Source of the DNA: Phoronis australis
Lineage: Eukaryota; Animalia; Phoronida
Direction of reading: 5' to 3'
Assembly: GCA_002633005.1 (NCBI GenBank)
Contig: NMRA01000052.1
Coordinates: forward strand, 1,167,235 to 1,231,234
Length of the DNA stretch: 64,000 bases
The position numbers and the translations under genes are program-made. Below, piece by piece: positions 46,951 to 61,000 of this stretch; position 1 is the first letter of the stretch; each line of letters starts with the position of its first letter. The notes below the pieces were generated by a model. It had not been told where the DNA came from. It searched no databases and saw only the letters and a list, made by a program, of their open reading frames with translations.

Positions 46951-47744
46951 CCCAGTGCTTCAGTAGCATAAGCGAACATTTTGAGGATTTTATGGGGCTA
47001 GAAATTTGAAATGAGATTTCAAATTAAAATGAGACTGAGATTTTCAAAGATCCCTTAATACATACCAGCTTTTAAGCAGGGCCATGCGAAATGCGTTTGG
47101 CGATCTTGTTTTGGGTGTGTATTCCTACGCACTTACCCATATGAGATGTACATGTACATGTACATGTATTACTCAGAATGCTGCACGCTAACAGCAACAC
47201 CTGTGCCTAGTACTTCTACGATCAACATACTCAGTTCAGAACTTGATTATGTATTCAGTATGTCATTGTATAAAGAAATAACAAAATCGAATACTGGAAT
47301 GAGGGATGTCTCAAAACTTTCTTGCTTATAGTGTGAATGTATGTTTTAGGTACAGTAGTTAAAATAGTTCTCATGTCATGTACCTGTTTCAACATATTCG
47401 GAAATGTATCTTGTATCAGGTGTGTTTAAATTAATAAATTATTTATTCAAATATTTACTTGAAATATTACTTTTTAATATATCAATATCTTTAACTCCAT
47501 CTAATTTACATAATCTTAAAGGCGTGCTCCTACTTACTTTCCATTAAAAAATGCATTAATTGACATTCCTGCATACCATGGCGGCTGTATTAACATGTAT
47601 CAATTTAATGGGTGTATCAGGTGTATGTGTACTTGAAATACTAGTTTTTAATATATCCATATATTCAAAATGTCTATTTACATAATCGTATAGGCGTACT
47701 TCGACTTACTTTCCATAATGGTTTAATTGAAATTCTGCTTATTT

Positions 47745-48102
47745 CTCATGTGTTATATTTCAAGTTCTCTAGCTGACCTTTGGCTTTCACACAGAAAAAA
47801 ATACAGTGAATGTGCTTGGAGGAGCAACACCTGGCGAAATTGAATGAAAAGATGACAATGGAGATGATGATGATTGTGGTGATGATTGACATGATGATAA
47901 CAATCATATGACGAATGACGGTGTCATCTTGAATCCAATCCTGAGGAAAAACAATAGGCATCCAGCTATTCGGGAACTAGAAGTTGAGTGTGAATTTCAA
48001 GCAAATCGAATGAAAAATGCGACCTGTAGTGTGGAACAAACAAACAAAAAACAAACTTGATGTCAAAGCAACATATTTGGTGAAAAATTTTCGACAAGTA
48101 AC
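47745..48102 (+). mobile_element. Possible Helentron/HINE-like non-autonomous element
   Basis: A (GAT)n-like tract, then AAATCGAATGAAAAATGCGACCTGTAG, an (AAAC)n tract and a 3' imperfect hairpin ATTTGGTGAAAAATTTTCGACAAGT. The block is absent from the paralogous copy-A region. Confidence 0.4.
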
Positions 48103-49023
48103 AAATACTGGAACTACACTTATCTAGTGTTGTTACAAGTAAGCTGTTAGCACACTTTTAGCGAGGTTGCCGCGGTATCCCAGTGACTTCAGCTTGGCTA
48201 CTGATATAATGACGTGCCTGACCAAAAGGTGGCGTCTTGCAGACATAACTACACTAAAAGTGAATTGACAGTTCCAGTATTTGCTTTAAATTGATCGCTT
48301 CTGTATCACCTCAACATGGATGCTCAAAATTGTTATGCTTTGGTATTATCATTAGGAAATCTTTAATCATTACCTTCATACTTCATTGTATTGTACAATG
48401 TATTTTAACGAGGATACTTAATAAAGTTAACGTATTTCTCTCCATGTACCTCGGTCTCTCTTCTGTGAACTTCACAGGTAATTTAACTGATAGAGGCGAC
48501 AGGTACATGTCTCAGCTGAATTGTATCTTGGAAATATGGAAAAAATACTCCATTTCTAAGCACTGACACATTTTCTACACCTATTTGCTGAACTGTTCGT
48601 AGTTTTCGCACCCAATCACATAGCAAACGTTTTCCTGCAGTGAACTTTGATTGACAGCACAGGTTTAAATTTATGGATCACTTACAACATCTTCAAAGTT
48701 GGCATTTCAGCAAGTTTTTAGAATCAGAAATGTGTTTTTTACAATGTAATTCTCGCAAAACCAATGCTTGGACAATAGATGAAGATGACATAATTCTATC
48801 ACACATGTGGGACCACGCCTGTGAGGTGTCTTTCGAGTTGGTTAGCACGTGATCCCACAGGAGATCAACCCACTCCATTACTCAGCCAACCGACAGCCCT
48901 GTGATAGGGCTGCAATGAGTTTGACCATGAACACACAGTGTACACATCAAGTGATTCACTTATTCTCGTCATGACTCACCCTTAAAACCTAGACACAAAC
49001 AGGTTGAAAAAACAAGCTGACCC

Positions 49024-52000
49024 TTACACTTTCTGTTTCTTAATCTGTTTTTCTTGATGGAACTGTGTTTTTGCTTTCACCGATTTAACAAGTGACAACA
49101 GCGAGGCATCCTTCGCGGTGTTTCTCCAAGTGTCTGCATGGCCACCATTTCCTGAATCAGCAGTAACGTTTTTCTTACTACTTTTCTCCTTGCTTCTCTT
49201 AACCTTTTCTTCCAATATGACCTCCATGGCCTTAGTCTTCTTGAACTCAGCTGACGATGGGTCTATGTTAAACAGATGAGAACTGTAGAGAGCCTCAAAT
49301 CGTGGATCCTTGGTATCAACCTGTGAAGACGAACAGCGTCACATTAAGGTTTCTCAGTCCCTAACCTATGAGAAGTCTGGGGGGCTGTGGTAATTTAGGC
49401 TCACACGTTGCCCAAAATTTCTGAAGTACTCTCCCATTTGCTGCAGTATTCAAGTTGCATGGCCACCCCAACTTTTAAAAGTACCCCCAGTTGTCGCAAC
49501 TGCCATCTTCTTAGTTACAGTTTTCAATCCCCCTAAGTCACCAGGACTTAATTTTACTAGGACAGGCCCTTGATTTGTGCCCAGGCTAATTATGATATAG
49601 CAGTGAGCATTCGGAAATACCTAGAGATGAGACGTGCTGAAAATAGGCAGGCACCCCTTGTTAGAGAAAAGTAATGTTATAACTGCAAACACAAAGTTAC
49701 CTTGAAGCATTACGTAGAAATATTCTTAAGTATGATATAACTTCACAAAACAATCATCTATGCAATTCAAAATATGAGATCCAGACAAGTTCAGTCAGAC
49801 AGTGCCATGCTCAATGTATTTATTATTCATAAAAAATTTGGACCAAAACCAGAAATGGAGACAAAACATACTGAAAACCCAATTTGCAACCACAATGTGA
49901 TTGAAAATACCGCTTCTTAGACACAAAAACTTGCAAGTTCAATGGCGCAATGGAAGAAATCAAGAATTGTTAAAACTGTTCACTAATTGAAACTTAAGAA
50001 TTATTTCTTCCAGCATGTATCAAAATCATAAATGTCCTTACATGACAGTTATACTGATTGTGCACGAAGCTTGTGCCAAAGGAATACAATTTTAAATATT
50101 TCACATGTCATTAATACTCTAAGACAGAGGACATGCGAATGAATATAAAAATAAATGTCAAACCTTAAATGAATCCTCCTGAGTGGACTCTTCTACTAGT
50201 TTCCGTTTCTTGTGTTTCTTTTTCTTCTTCAGTGATGCTCCACGTTCCTTCTCCATGATGGACTTGAGGTTGAAGTGTTGTTTGCCGTCATCTTCATCTT
50301 CCATTAACATCACCAGCTCAGCCTGCATATTAACCACATACAGCAAAGCTCATGAAACTTTGTCAAATAATGCTAATAAGATGCAGGATGCGAGTTTGGA
50401 AAATAACATGGATCAATTCAAATTAAACCATTTTTAATATTGTATATCCAAATGAATCGTGATCTCCAGGCACAAAAAAATCCCCAACGCCACGTGTCCT
50501 CAAACAATAATCAGTGACCCCAGAAAAGTTTGAAATATTGGCAACCAAATGCCAATGGCCTCAATGTGTTAGTGGCAATATTCAAAACATAGTAATAACC
50601 AATAAAGATCGTAAGGTAAAAATCCAGGTATTCAGCCACTCAGTGCTATCCAATTCATGGGCATGAGTGTAAAACATCATTGAACCATCAACAGCTGCAA
50701 TTCTCACCTATTGATTACATTGGAGTATTGCCACTGACAAGATGTAACTGACATCAATAAAAAATAATTAAGTACTAGCAAACAAATTCATGGAAATTGT
50801 AAATCCCTAATACAACCCCTTAAGCAACGTCTAATGTTGAGACACGATTGGTCTCGACTTTCTATGGATAAGAAAAGATTTCTGAGCTTGACAAGAACTG
50901 ATAAATCCACGTTGTTGAAAACTGTAATCCTGACCAAACGTGGAAAAGGGATTGCTACTTAAAGCACTTGAAGCAATACAACTGGAAATAGTTAATTGAA
51001 CAAATGCTAGATGGGGTTACTATCCCATGCAGAGACTAAAAAGTAGAAATCCCAGTGTTTGTAGTTTGCAAAGAAAATGTCTCACTACATCTGAATTGCC
51101 ATATACTTTCTTCATTCCCAAAGCCTAAGCTTAAGGAATTGCTCAATGCACTTGTAAGGACTGAATCACCAGTCTGAAGTGATGACATAAGCAGAGTTAA
51201 CATTAGCCAGTAATGGAGAATATGTCTGACTTTCACATGACATGCTAGAGATTTCACTGCGAACATTGTGAGTTGTGTCACATTGGGTGGGTGCAGGTCG
51301 TCAAAGCCATCAACTTCCTGAGCTGTGACCTGGTGTCCACTGTGAGTCGTTATTTCCAACAATCAGAGTCCACTTTATCACAACTTGTTAACGTCAGTTG
51401 GTATTTGACGTGCTCTCTAATTTTCATGTTTGGCGCCACGATTGGTGATTTGTCACTGACTGTACAGTGTTAATAACTTTCAGTTTGATGATAGACTGAA
51501 GACCGGTTCAAGTCAATCACTGTTAATCTGGATCAAACATACATGAATCTACTCAAACAAAAACATCCAACGTACTGCCTGTTCTAATGCCCCAGCCAGT
51601 GCTATGAAGACTCTCGGCTTGTGACAAACTCTTGTGTCACTTTGAGCAATTGCCACAATGGTTGACCGATTCAATAACTTGCCGTCTCCTAAGCTGTCTC
51701 ACTACTGATTCGGTAACAATAAACTCAGTCTGACACTGCTGATTCTGTAACTGATGACTTTGTGACTGCTAATTCTGTGACTCAGTGACTGGCTCTCACT
51801 AACTTGTGTCTGAGTATTTAGAGTCTCTTGCAATGTTCTGGAATTTTTCACCAATTCAAGCATATTCAAAAACTCTGGATTCAATTACAAATATATGGTT
51901 CAGTGACCAATATGCTAGAACCTACTAGAATGTTCTCAACTATTCTGTTGAAACAATTACATATCACAAGTTAAACTGATAAAGAACAATATAATCAATG

Positions 52001-55000
52001 TCACTTTCCTCCTTACATTGTGAGAGGAAAGCAATGACAGCAAAGTTAATGGCAGTCAATTAGAACAGCATTAGTGGCGGTGATGTGCAACATAGCCTCA
52101 GGTCTGCTAGAGCTGCTGTACCAGTGCGCACAGATTTGATGACGCTTATCAAGCCTGAGCCCATGGTGGCTGTGCAAAAAGTTGAGTAAGTATACTCGAG
52201 CAAAAGTGTATGAATGGTAAAGGGTAATGAACCATTAGTTTTGTGGGAAAATGCTTGAAGAAATATAGAATATTACCGACCACAATACTGTAGCCAAAAT
52301 GATGTCAAACGGAAGGATTCCACCGTTCACTCACTGGACACACTGGTTATGACATCCAAATTACTAAGGTGACTTTTTCACCTCACAGACAGCATTTGAG
52401 CGTGAATTACAAGTAATGGATGGATGGCTGGACCTCCAAGATTGACGACAGTGTATAGTGTTAGGAATTAGTGACTCAAATAATTTTATCAGCATTGAAC
52501 ATGGGATTTGTATTTTTATGAAGTGCTTTGGCACAGTTTAAATGACACCAAACAGGAAAGCAGACTTCCAGAGAACAGTCTTGTTGAAATCAAAATGAAT
52601 ATTTTGCCACATTTTTGTAGGGTGAAAATATCAAAATTCGACATTGCCCAATTGAGGTTGAGAACTACTTTTAGTTTTGCAACAATTCTACCTACCTTCC
52701 TTTGTTTGTCTTCTTCCGTTTCATCCATTTCTATCTTCTTTTTCTTCTTCTTGTTTGACTTTAAGGCATTATGTTCTGTAAGATTTACCAAATTAACACA
52801 CACAAGTGTATACAAACAAGGGGTTAAGAATCATTCCACGAGAAAATTAAAAAAAATCAAAAAACTCTAGGGGTCATCGTTCAGATTCAGCTTAAACTTT
52901 GTGTACATAATTGTGGTGTGGCTCTACCAAAATCCACCAATTTTGCACTTATTGACCTCTTGATTTTTTACCTTCAGGCCTTCAAAAGTTTACAGAAAAT
53001 GGAACATTTCAGCATGCTGGAAACAGCAATTTTCCACTATCAAAGAACTGGTAGATTGCATGCAATGAGAGGAAACACACAATGGGATCAGGAAGTGATA
53101 AGTAGGAAGTCCCACGAAAAATTGATACAAATAATTTTGCTGCAACCACCACATGACAGGGGAGATAAATCTAGAGGCACTTTTTGTATTGTTAAAGTGG
53201 GTATCACTCAAGTGCTTCTACAAGCCAGTTTGTGGGGCTGTGGACATGGAAAGATATGTTTAAGCATAGATCTTGGATGTGTGAACAACAAATTATTTGA
53301 AATCACCAGCACTCCGCAAACTGGCCCCCAGAGCACCTAAAAATGGCTAAGAATCAAAAATCAACACAAAGCTGGGCAAAATTTACCAAATTTTGGCACT
53401 CCAGTTAAAGGTTTTGAAAACCACTTTGGAAATGCAGATTATCTTCTGACAGAGAACCTCAATGTCTACATAAACGTCTTAAAGGACTTTCCTTTAAAGC
53501 TGTTTTAGAACTACTTCACTAACTTAACCTTTCTGAACCAAACATTGGCTACTTAGAGCTAAAACATTCATGATGCTTTAACTTAAGTATGGCCCAACAA
53601 ATTGAAATAAACCTTTTGAACATATCTCGCCATGATGTACTAACACACATTTTTTCAAGATATGAGTCAGTGACCCAAGAGTGAACCTTTTGGCGCTCTC
53701 GTAGAATGAGTGTTAAATATTAATGAGCACAGATTAACCTTTGAACACAAAGAGTAATTGAGAAATTACTAAAAACTCTATCAGTCATCACCTGCACGTA
53801 CGTGATTATTGAAGAACATTTACAACTACCAAGTGTGAGCAGACTAGCCATTAATTCTAAATAGCAGTAATCTTGGCCAACAGAGAACAAAGAAACTCCA
53901 TGCTATAAACCAAAACCACAACGATTACAAAAATAAGCGCAAAAATACCGAAGGATATCGCTTGACAAGCAAGATTACCGGTGCAAGTAAAAATTAAACG
54001 CGATATGTTGGTCACATCACATGACGTATAGTTAAGTCTGAAAAGATGTCGGTCCCGACCAGGGCTCGAACCCTCAGGACAATTAAAGTTACCTGCAAGT
54101 TAGCGATAAGATGAACAAACAGCCATTATTGGAAGTTTGCAAAAACTGCTTCCAGTCGACAAAATTCTAAATTTACTTTTCAATTGCAACTATTACTGCT
54201 GTACACTATGCTGCCGTTCCAGGTTCTACTAAAATCTAGACCAAGCTTATTTTGTTGCCCTGATACCATACCTGAAGAAGCCAACTCCTCAGCAAAGTAG
54301 GGGTCATTGAGATCAACACCAGCAGGCATGTCGTCACTACCGTCATCAGCATCATTGACATCCTGGTCAAAAATAATTCAAACAACTTCTCACATGGATC
54401 ATGAGGCCGACCACCAAAGCTCACTGAATCAGCTTCTCATTACAAACAAAATGCCAAGACTATCTTTTTTCAAATGAGACTTTCTTATTTAGTCTCAAAG
54501 TGAATAGAATGGTTCCACACTTTTTTATACCCAAAATATGCGGAAATTCCGCAAAAGACTCGGAAATTCCGCGAAATTTGCCTAATATTCCACACAGACT
54601 ATGCGGAATTTCCACAATCAGGGCGTAATATTCAGCATGGCAAAAATTGAACTGCTAATTAAGAAAATACTAATTGAGCAAATAAAAAAGTAACACTGTA
54701 AACATGTTCAGAGCAAGGTATAGATTTGTTTCATATCGTTTTTATGGCTTAAAGTAAATATAAAAAGAACGGAGCATTCCATCCACTTTGAGACTAAATA
54801 AGAATGTCTCATTTAAAAAAAGATTGCCTGATGAGTAAAAAATTTGCAAAAAGTTATTTGCTTCATAATTATTTTAAATCACCTTTAGCATCTTTACCAA
54901 TTCAGAGCAAACCGATACAAGGTAAGGCAAATGAATAACGGCGTGTTAATTTACTAAAAATAGTATCCAAAAATCAAATTAATGTTCATTTCTACGTCAC

Positions 55001-58000
55001 TTATAAAACTTCAGGTCAGTCTGAATGTTCCATGATCGCTGGGATTGCAAAGAGGGAAGTAAACGCAAATTTTGTGAGCTTCTCAGTAATGGAACTGGAA
55101 AACGAAGACGGCTATCAACGAAAGCAAACTCTGAATGTGCAGTGCACACAAAGGAGTTCGTATCTTGACCATCTCAGTAACACTAAACTAAGTGCAGTTG
55201 GGTAGCATGTCGTGCCAACCTTTTTCTTCTCCTGCCTTTCTTTTTTGCGTTCCTCGCGTTTCTGCTTCTTCTTATCTTTCTTTCTCTCCATGTACTGCTC
55301 CCAAGGTGTCAGTGATTCTTTCTTCTGAGCACTCTTCTTCACTAAAGATTCTGTAGTTTCCTTCAATCCTGTTCAAACAAAAAGTACCATGAACTCTTAG
55401 AACAACAGGAGCAGTTGTCAACACTGTCTAGGCATTAAGGTTTGTCACAGCCACAGAGTCAATTTAGACTCAAGCGAAACTGATTACGTGGATTACTTCT
55501 TGAATTTCATGTGGGTGATAACAGAGGCCATATTCATGTCGTTTAGTGTCTTGACAAGGAACAAAATACCGAACAGATTTACATCATAGGTAACGGTGTG
55601 GTGACCTACAAAAGTGTAAAGTTCATCATCTTTGAACAGTACACTTTCTGTAGAAGATGCCTACATTCTAAATTTTTCTTTTCAAACAGTTAAAATGGAG
55701 AAATGTTAAGTTAAAACAAAGAACAATAGAATCCTTGATCAAATGGACCAATTCCAATCAAAAGCCAATTACCTAATACGTGCTCCTGCATCCCATTACT
55801 ACAAGCCGTTTAAATAGAGAATAGATGCTGGAGGACAAAAGAGTTAGAAAACAAAAACAACGACAGCAAACTTTTCTTTTTGAAGACATTTCTGAGCAAG
55901 GATTCCTGCAACTCCAAACTTTATTACCTGGTTCCCACGTGACCTCCATCTCCATCTTTGTATCATCATTGGTGCTGTTTTTCGACTCAATCCCTTGCAG
56001 TAACTTCCTGTATTTCTCAATACTTTTCTCTTCATCTTCCGAGTCTGAGGCAACAAAGCCGGGCTCAGATCCTCGATCAATAAAGTCACCGTAAGGGTCC
56101 TCTGGAACATTACAATAGTAAATTAACCAAGTTCAAATGAGATTTTTTTAGGAGTTGGCGTAAAACCTAGTAGTCACTTCAACAAAACCTGGGTCAATAC
56201 ACATAAGTCTCATATCAGCACAGCCATGAGAACGCTGATACGATGATATGAGGTCATCAATGTACACATCAAGCTTTTCTCTTTTCTCATTTCAGTTGAC
56301 TACATGAAACAATTTCACAGTAATATCCTTAAATTATGACTCTGTGCAGTAAAATATAGACTCCTCACTAACACCTTGCTGATTTGCGTTTGAAATTTTT
56401 TGGTAACAGGAAAAATATTTGGCGTTCATTTATTTCCTGAGAGCTATTTTCTACATGCACGATCTTCAAACATGCCACACAAAGGCCTAATAAACAATGT
56501 GTGAAGTATCAAACAAAGGTACGCAAAACAAATCAGTAAATGAATGGCACAGGTTTTGATAAGTGTATATCATGACAGACACCCCAAGGTAAAACATTGC
56601 AACTCTTTGAAAAAAATACCATGTGCTTCAGTCATAATGTGGCGGGCACTAGCCCCCAGAGCACAAACGAAAACTAACCTATAATAATTTGGATACTTGG
56701 TTTCTGCTACTGAACCACTGTTAGCTAACAAACTGAAAAAGTCTTGATTCTTACCCTCCATTCTCCACTAACCACCGACGGACATAAAAATACTAAACCG
56801 AATGTAAGCGCGTGTGCATTTCAGTGAATATTGCTCGTGAGTAGTAAGAGGACTTACTAGATGTCAACATTTTATTAGTAGACACTGTTGGCGTTCGTGA
56901 CAGACCGCAGGTGATAATCCTTCATGAAACAAACAAGATTGCTAAGTGCTGTTCATTAACCAAAAACTGAAGGATTGTCAATCTAGAGTACAGTACAGAC
57001 TGGGTTAGATTGCAGGTGTACCAGGCTGACACTACCCAACCTTAGCCATTCGCTTTTCAAATGATGTTTATTTTATCCAGGCTTAGAAACACATAGAAAA
57101 TATAGCACAGGACTGCAAATTTCAGACGCACAGTTCTGCAAATGACAGTTGTGAATAATTTCACAGGCTTCAGCCTGTGACCCCAACAAATCCCGATATT
57201 CCTTCATCGTTATATGAGGCCCCAGCACCCACCATTCTCCGACTCTGACCCTGAGGAGGCCAAATATTCCTTCACATCCAGATCCATCAGTTCTTCAGGT
57301 GAAAATTTTCTCCTTGTCACCGACACTCTATCCTTGTCGTCTTCGTCCCACGTCAAGTCCACCTAAAAACAAAACAGTGTAGTCGATGTTGTTTTCTGCA
57401 TGTCACCGTTTCCAAAAACAAGGAATAGTTGGCAGTTTTTTGGGCAACACTATGGCTTTAGCCCATGAATCTCTGCTGCAGATTAGCCAGAGTCTTTTTC
57501 CTTCACAGGTCACATGGTCATTCTCACTAACAGCATTCTTTTTTATAGACAATACATGAACTGAACTAACATACATTTGTGAGAGTTGCTGTGCATGAAT
57601 GAGTATGGAATTATAAGATAGTGAGAGAAGAAATGGGTTCATGAAAAGCATTATTACTTGTTACTGGATTTGCCTTGAAAATTCACACGTTTGACACGAT
57701 TTCGTTTTGCGAATCAAGATTTAGCTGTCGAAACCGACAGACATAAATCTGCTTCTTATTCTGACCACGTGTCTTTTCTGTCCAAATCACATTGACGATG
57801 AATACCATAATTTTATACTAATGTACACCCAGCATTCCATAAGAGTTAGATTTATACAGGAAGTATACTGTAGCTGTCCCAGTGTCAACCGATTTATCCG
57901 TTTGACGAAAAACCCTGACAAAGTGTTATTATTTTCATTTACCATTGACTCATTTTGTAAGAGAGCATCATTAAGTAAAGAATTGTAAGTTTGTGCCTCT

Positions 58001-61000
58001 GAAGTATTGTCAGTTTGATAACTGTAATTGTACTTTGGGCCCATGGCCTTGATCACTTATAATAAACACTGTCTTATAACTGAAATGTTGTTACTCTAAA
58101 ACCTCGCCCATTTCGGTAACTATTCTAAGATTGCTCTTTTCTCAGTTTCAAAGTCTTCTGACACAGTTGTGATAACCCAAAGCAAGCATTAACTCACAGC
58201 TACATAGAAAATTGCATTTCACTTGTTGGCCAAATTGTGTCCTAAATCTGTGAGATTTTACCACAGTGTGAATGTCGGTGTGGTTTGTGGAAAATTCAGA
58301 TTCTTTGTGCAGGCTGGATGAATAGCCACTGACCAGTGAGAGCCTTACAAAAATGACCAAAGTTTCTGACTGACTGCTAACAATTACTCATCGTCTAACA
58401 AAACACGCCCGCAAACCTCTGGCAGAAAACTGTTCTTCTATGAAATATTACAAAAACTCAAATAAAGAGTTCAAACCTGAAAGTTTTTCTCTTCCAGGCC
58501 ACTCACCTTGGACTGATTCAAGGCAGTAGTCACATACATAGAGGGCTTGTAGGAAGACGGCATCTCAGAGATCTCGGATTTAGGTTTGTCGTCAAATACC
58601 ATGTCATCAGGAATAAATCTAATCAGAGGAATGAAACAGTTTTATGAACCTTGAACAAATCTGTTCCCACACAGTACAACAGAAAATGGAAGAAAAATAT
58701 TGGATTGGGCGTGAATTAACATAAAGTTGTTCCCCCTTCTGCAGCTGACCATAGCATATGTATGCGACTGAAAATATTTTATTTGACATCCGACAAAAGG
58801 ATTACTTTCTAAGTAACTGTTGTAAATATGATATTTTTTTTCACATATCTATCATCATTGATAAACAAGTACAAAAAACAAAAACAAACAAGTACACCAA
58901 TTCATTCACTCATGCACATCTCAGGAGAGACCATTCTCGTATCTTGTATAAAGCAACCAAGTTCTACATGGATTAACGTGAATAATAAAACTTTCCCATT
59001 TCCCAGAGAAACTGTCATACACAAAATTTTTATAAGTAATTAATTGTTCAGCATTGTATTACTCATGAGTATATGTAACAAACTTGATGTGAACATTAGG
59101 TAAAGTTTTGTATGATAAATTTGAGCACAGGAAGGTGTACTGGAATCTCCCATGTGACATACTGGCCATGGAAAGTGGAATATAAAATGTTTTACTTACT
59201 GGCCAGCCCATCTCAGAGAAGTCTTGGCTGATAGATGGAAGCAAATCATCTAAGCTCAGACTTATACCAACATGCAAACTAAACTGCACTATAAACATGT
59301 TAAAATAATATTACAACATCCTAACATTTTAAACCCTATTCAATGCTTAGAAATGTGATTGCTGGCTTTTTTATTAGACATGTCGTGTGGCTCTACAAGT
59401 GAAACACAAGGTGATTTCAAAATTTGTCAATATTCAGCATATCAAAATACATGCTGGCCCGGGGCCAGTGGATTTGCGGTCGGGCCAGCAGACCAGTAAA
59501 CTTTCCAGATAAGCCCTATGTGGATGTGGTCTCATATTCAATTCATTCAAAAAAGGTCTATTGACTTATTTTTTTGTCTCTCACCAGTGAACGCCAACGA
59601 GTTTGAACCTTGTGGGCAATAAATCTGCGATCGCCCCATTCATTTTGTTTACTCAATAATAGAACTCTAGCCTAGAATTCCATGTAGACTACTGATGAAA
59701 TGTGTCTAGCAAAAATAAATTCGCTGAAACTAGCTCGGGGCTTTAGTTTCGTAGCCACAGCTTACATGGCGTATAAGTCTCAGTTACCAACAACTCCTCA
59801 CCTAGAGTTAACTGAGCATAAAAATAGGGTTCTCAACGCCATGTGCATTTAGTGTACAGGAAAAGATTGAGAAAAACGAAGGTAGGATGCTAAAAGCAGG
59901 GCCATTAACTTGACAGCCGGGCCAGTAAATTGTCAGACTAACTGGCCTGGCGGGAAAGCACATTTGCTGAAGTTTGAATACTGCTCATATCTGCCAATCA
60001 AATATACCTTAAGTCTATCTTTGTGGCACTACTTTCGTATTCCAATCCATCACACTGCTCGTAAATGGAGTTGGCAGTTTCTGGTGTATCACATTCCACC
60101 ACAGCATAGTAATATTTCAGTCTGCTCAACTGATATTGCCTTAGCCGTTCTTTGCGTTTTGAATCGTCTGAAATGAAAACAAAAACGCATCCTCACGGCA
60201 ATGTAGCATAACAATATGAAAAATGCAACACACCCAGTTGCTATCAACGTAGGAATATTAAGCATGACGCCATTTTGACGTCACCATGACATTTTGGAAC
60301 CATTGTGACAGCATGTCCATTTTTATTTCCGGGTCCAAATTGCGTCATCTATTGCCATGACATGTCATCACTAAACATCAGTGGAGTCCTCCTCTTGACG
60401 AACACGTGACCTACAGCATTCTTAACATATAAACAACAGTCAACCACTTGGGTAAGATGAAACTAATAAAGAGCTAAGAACTGAATTTTGACAAGAATCC
60501 AGAGGCTGTCTTAACATGGTAGGTTGCTAGTAGTAGGTAAAACGGCACCATCATAGAGTTTTCAAAGGCATAGAGTTCATTAAAATTGACGCTTAACGTG
60601 AAGCTTATAAATGAAACAACTCTCGTATAAAATGCACCGGAAACAACTAAAAATGCTTCTAGGGGATGCATCAGTGATCAGATCCATAGATCCATCTGAA
60701 AGTCGCCATCATTTGTTGTCAGCTTCAAAGGGACATATCTGCCAAATTTCATGAGATCCTGCAAGGAATTTAGAAGATAAAGCAGCGGAAGACTCGACAG
60801 AAGCCACGGCGGTATACTTTTACACGTACAAATGAGCACATAAAAATGCAATATATTACTTTAAATGTACTTGCAATCATGCCCCTAAAACTGTTTACAA
60901 CCAGCACACGATCATTGCAAAAAACAAGCCCCAGGTTTTTCATAATAACAAAGCGTTCTCAAACCTTCATCGTCATCTGAATCCTTCTGGCTGACCAGCT

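Noticed and set aside
54045-54085. tRNA gene (reverse complement GAGGGTTCGAGCCCTGGTCGGGAC)
   Set aside because: Only a T-arm/B-box is present, with no D-arm or acceptor stem. At most it is a SINE fragment.
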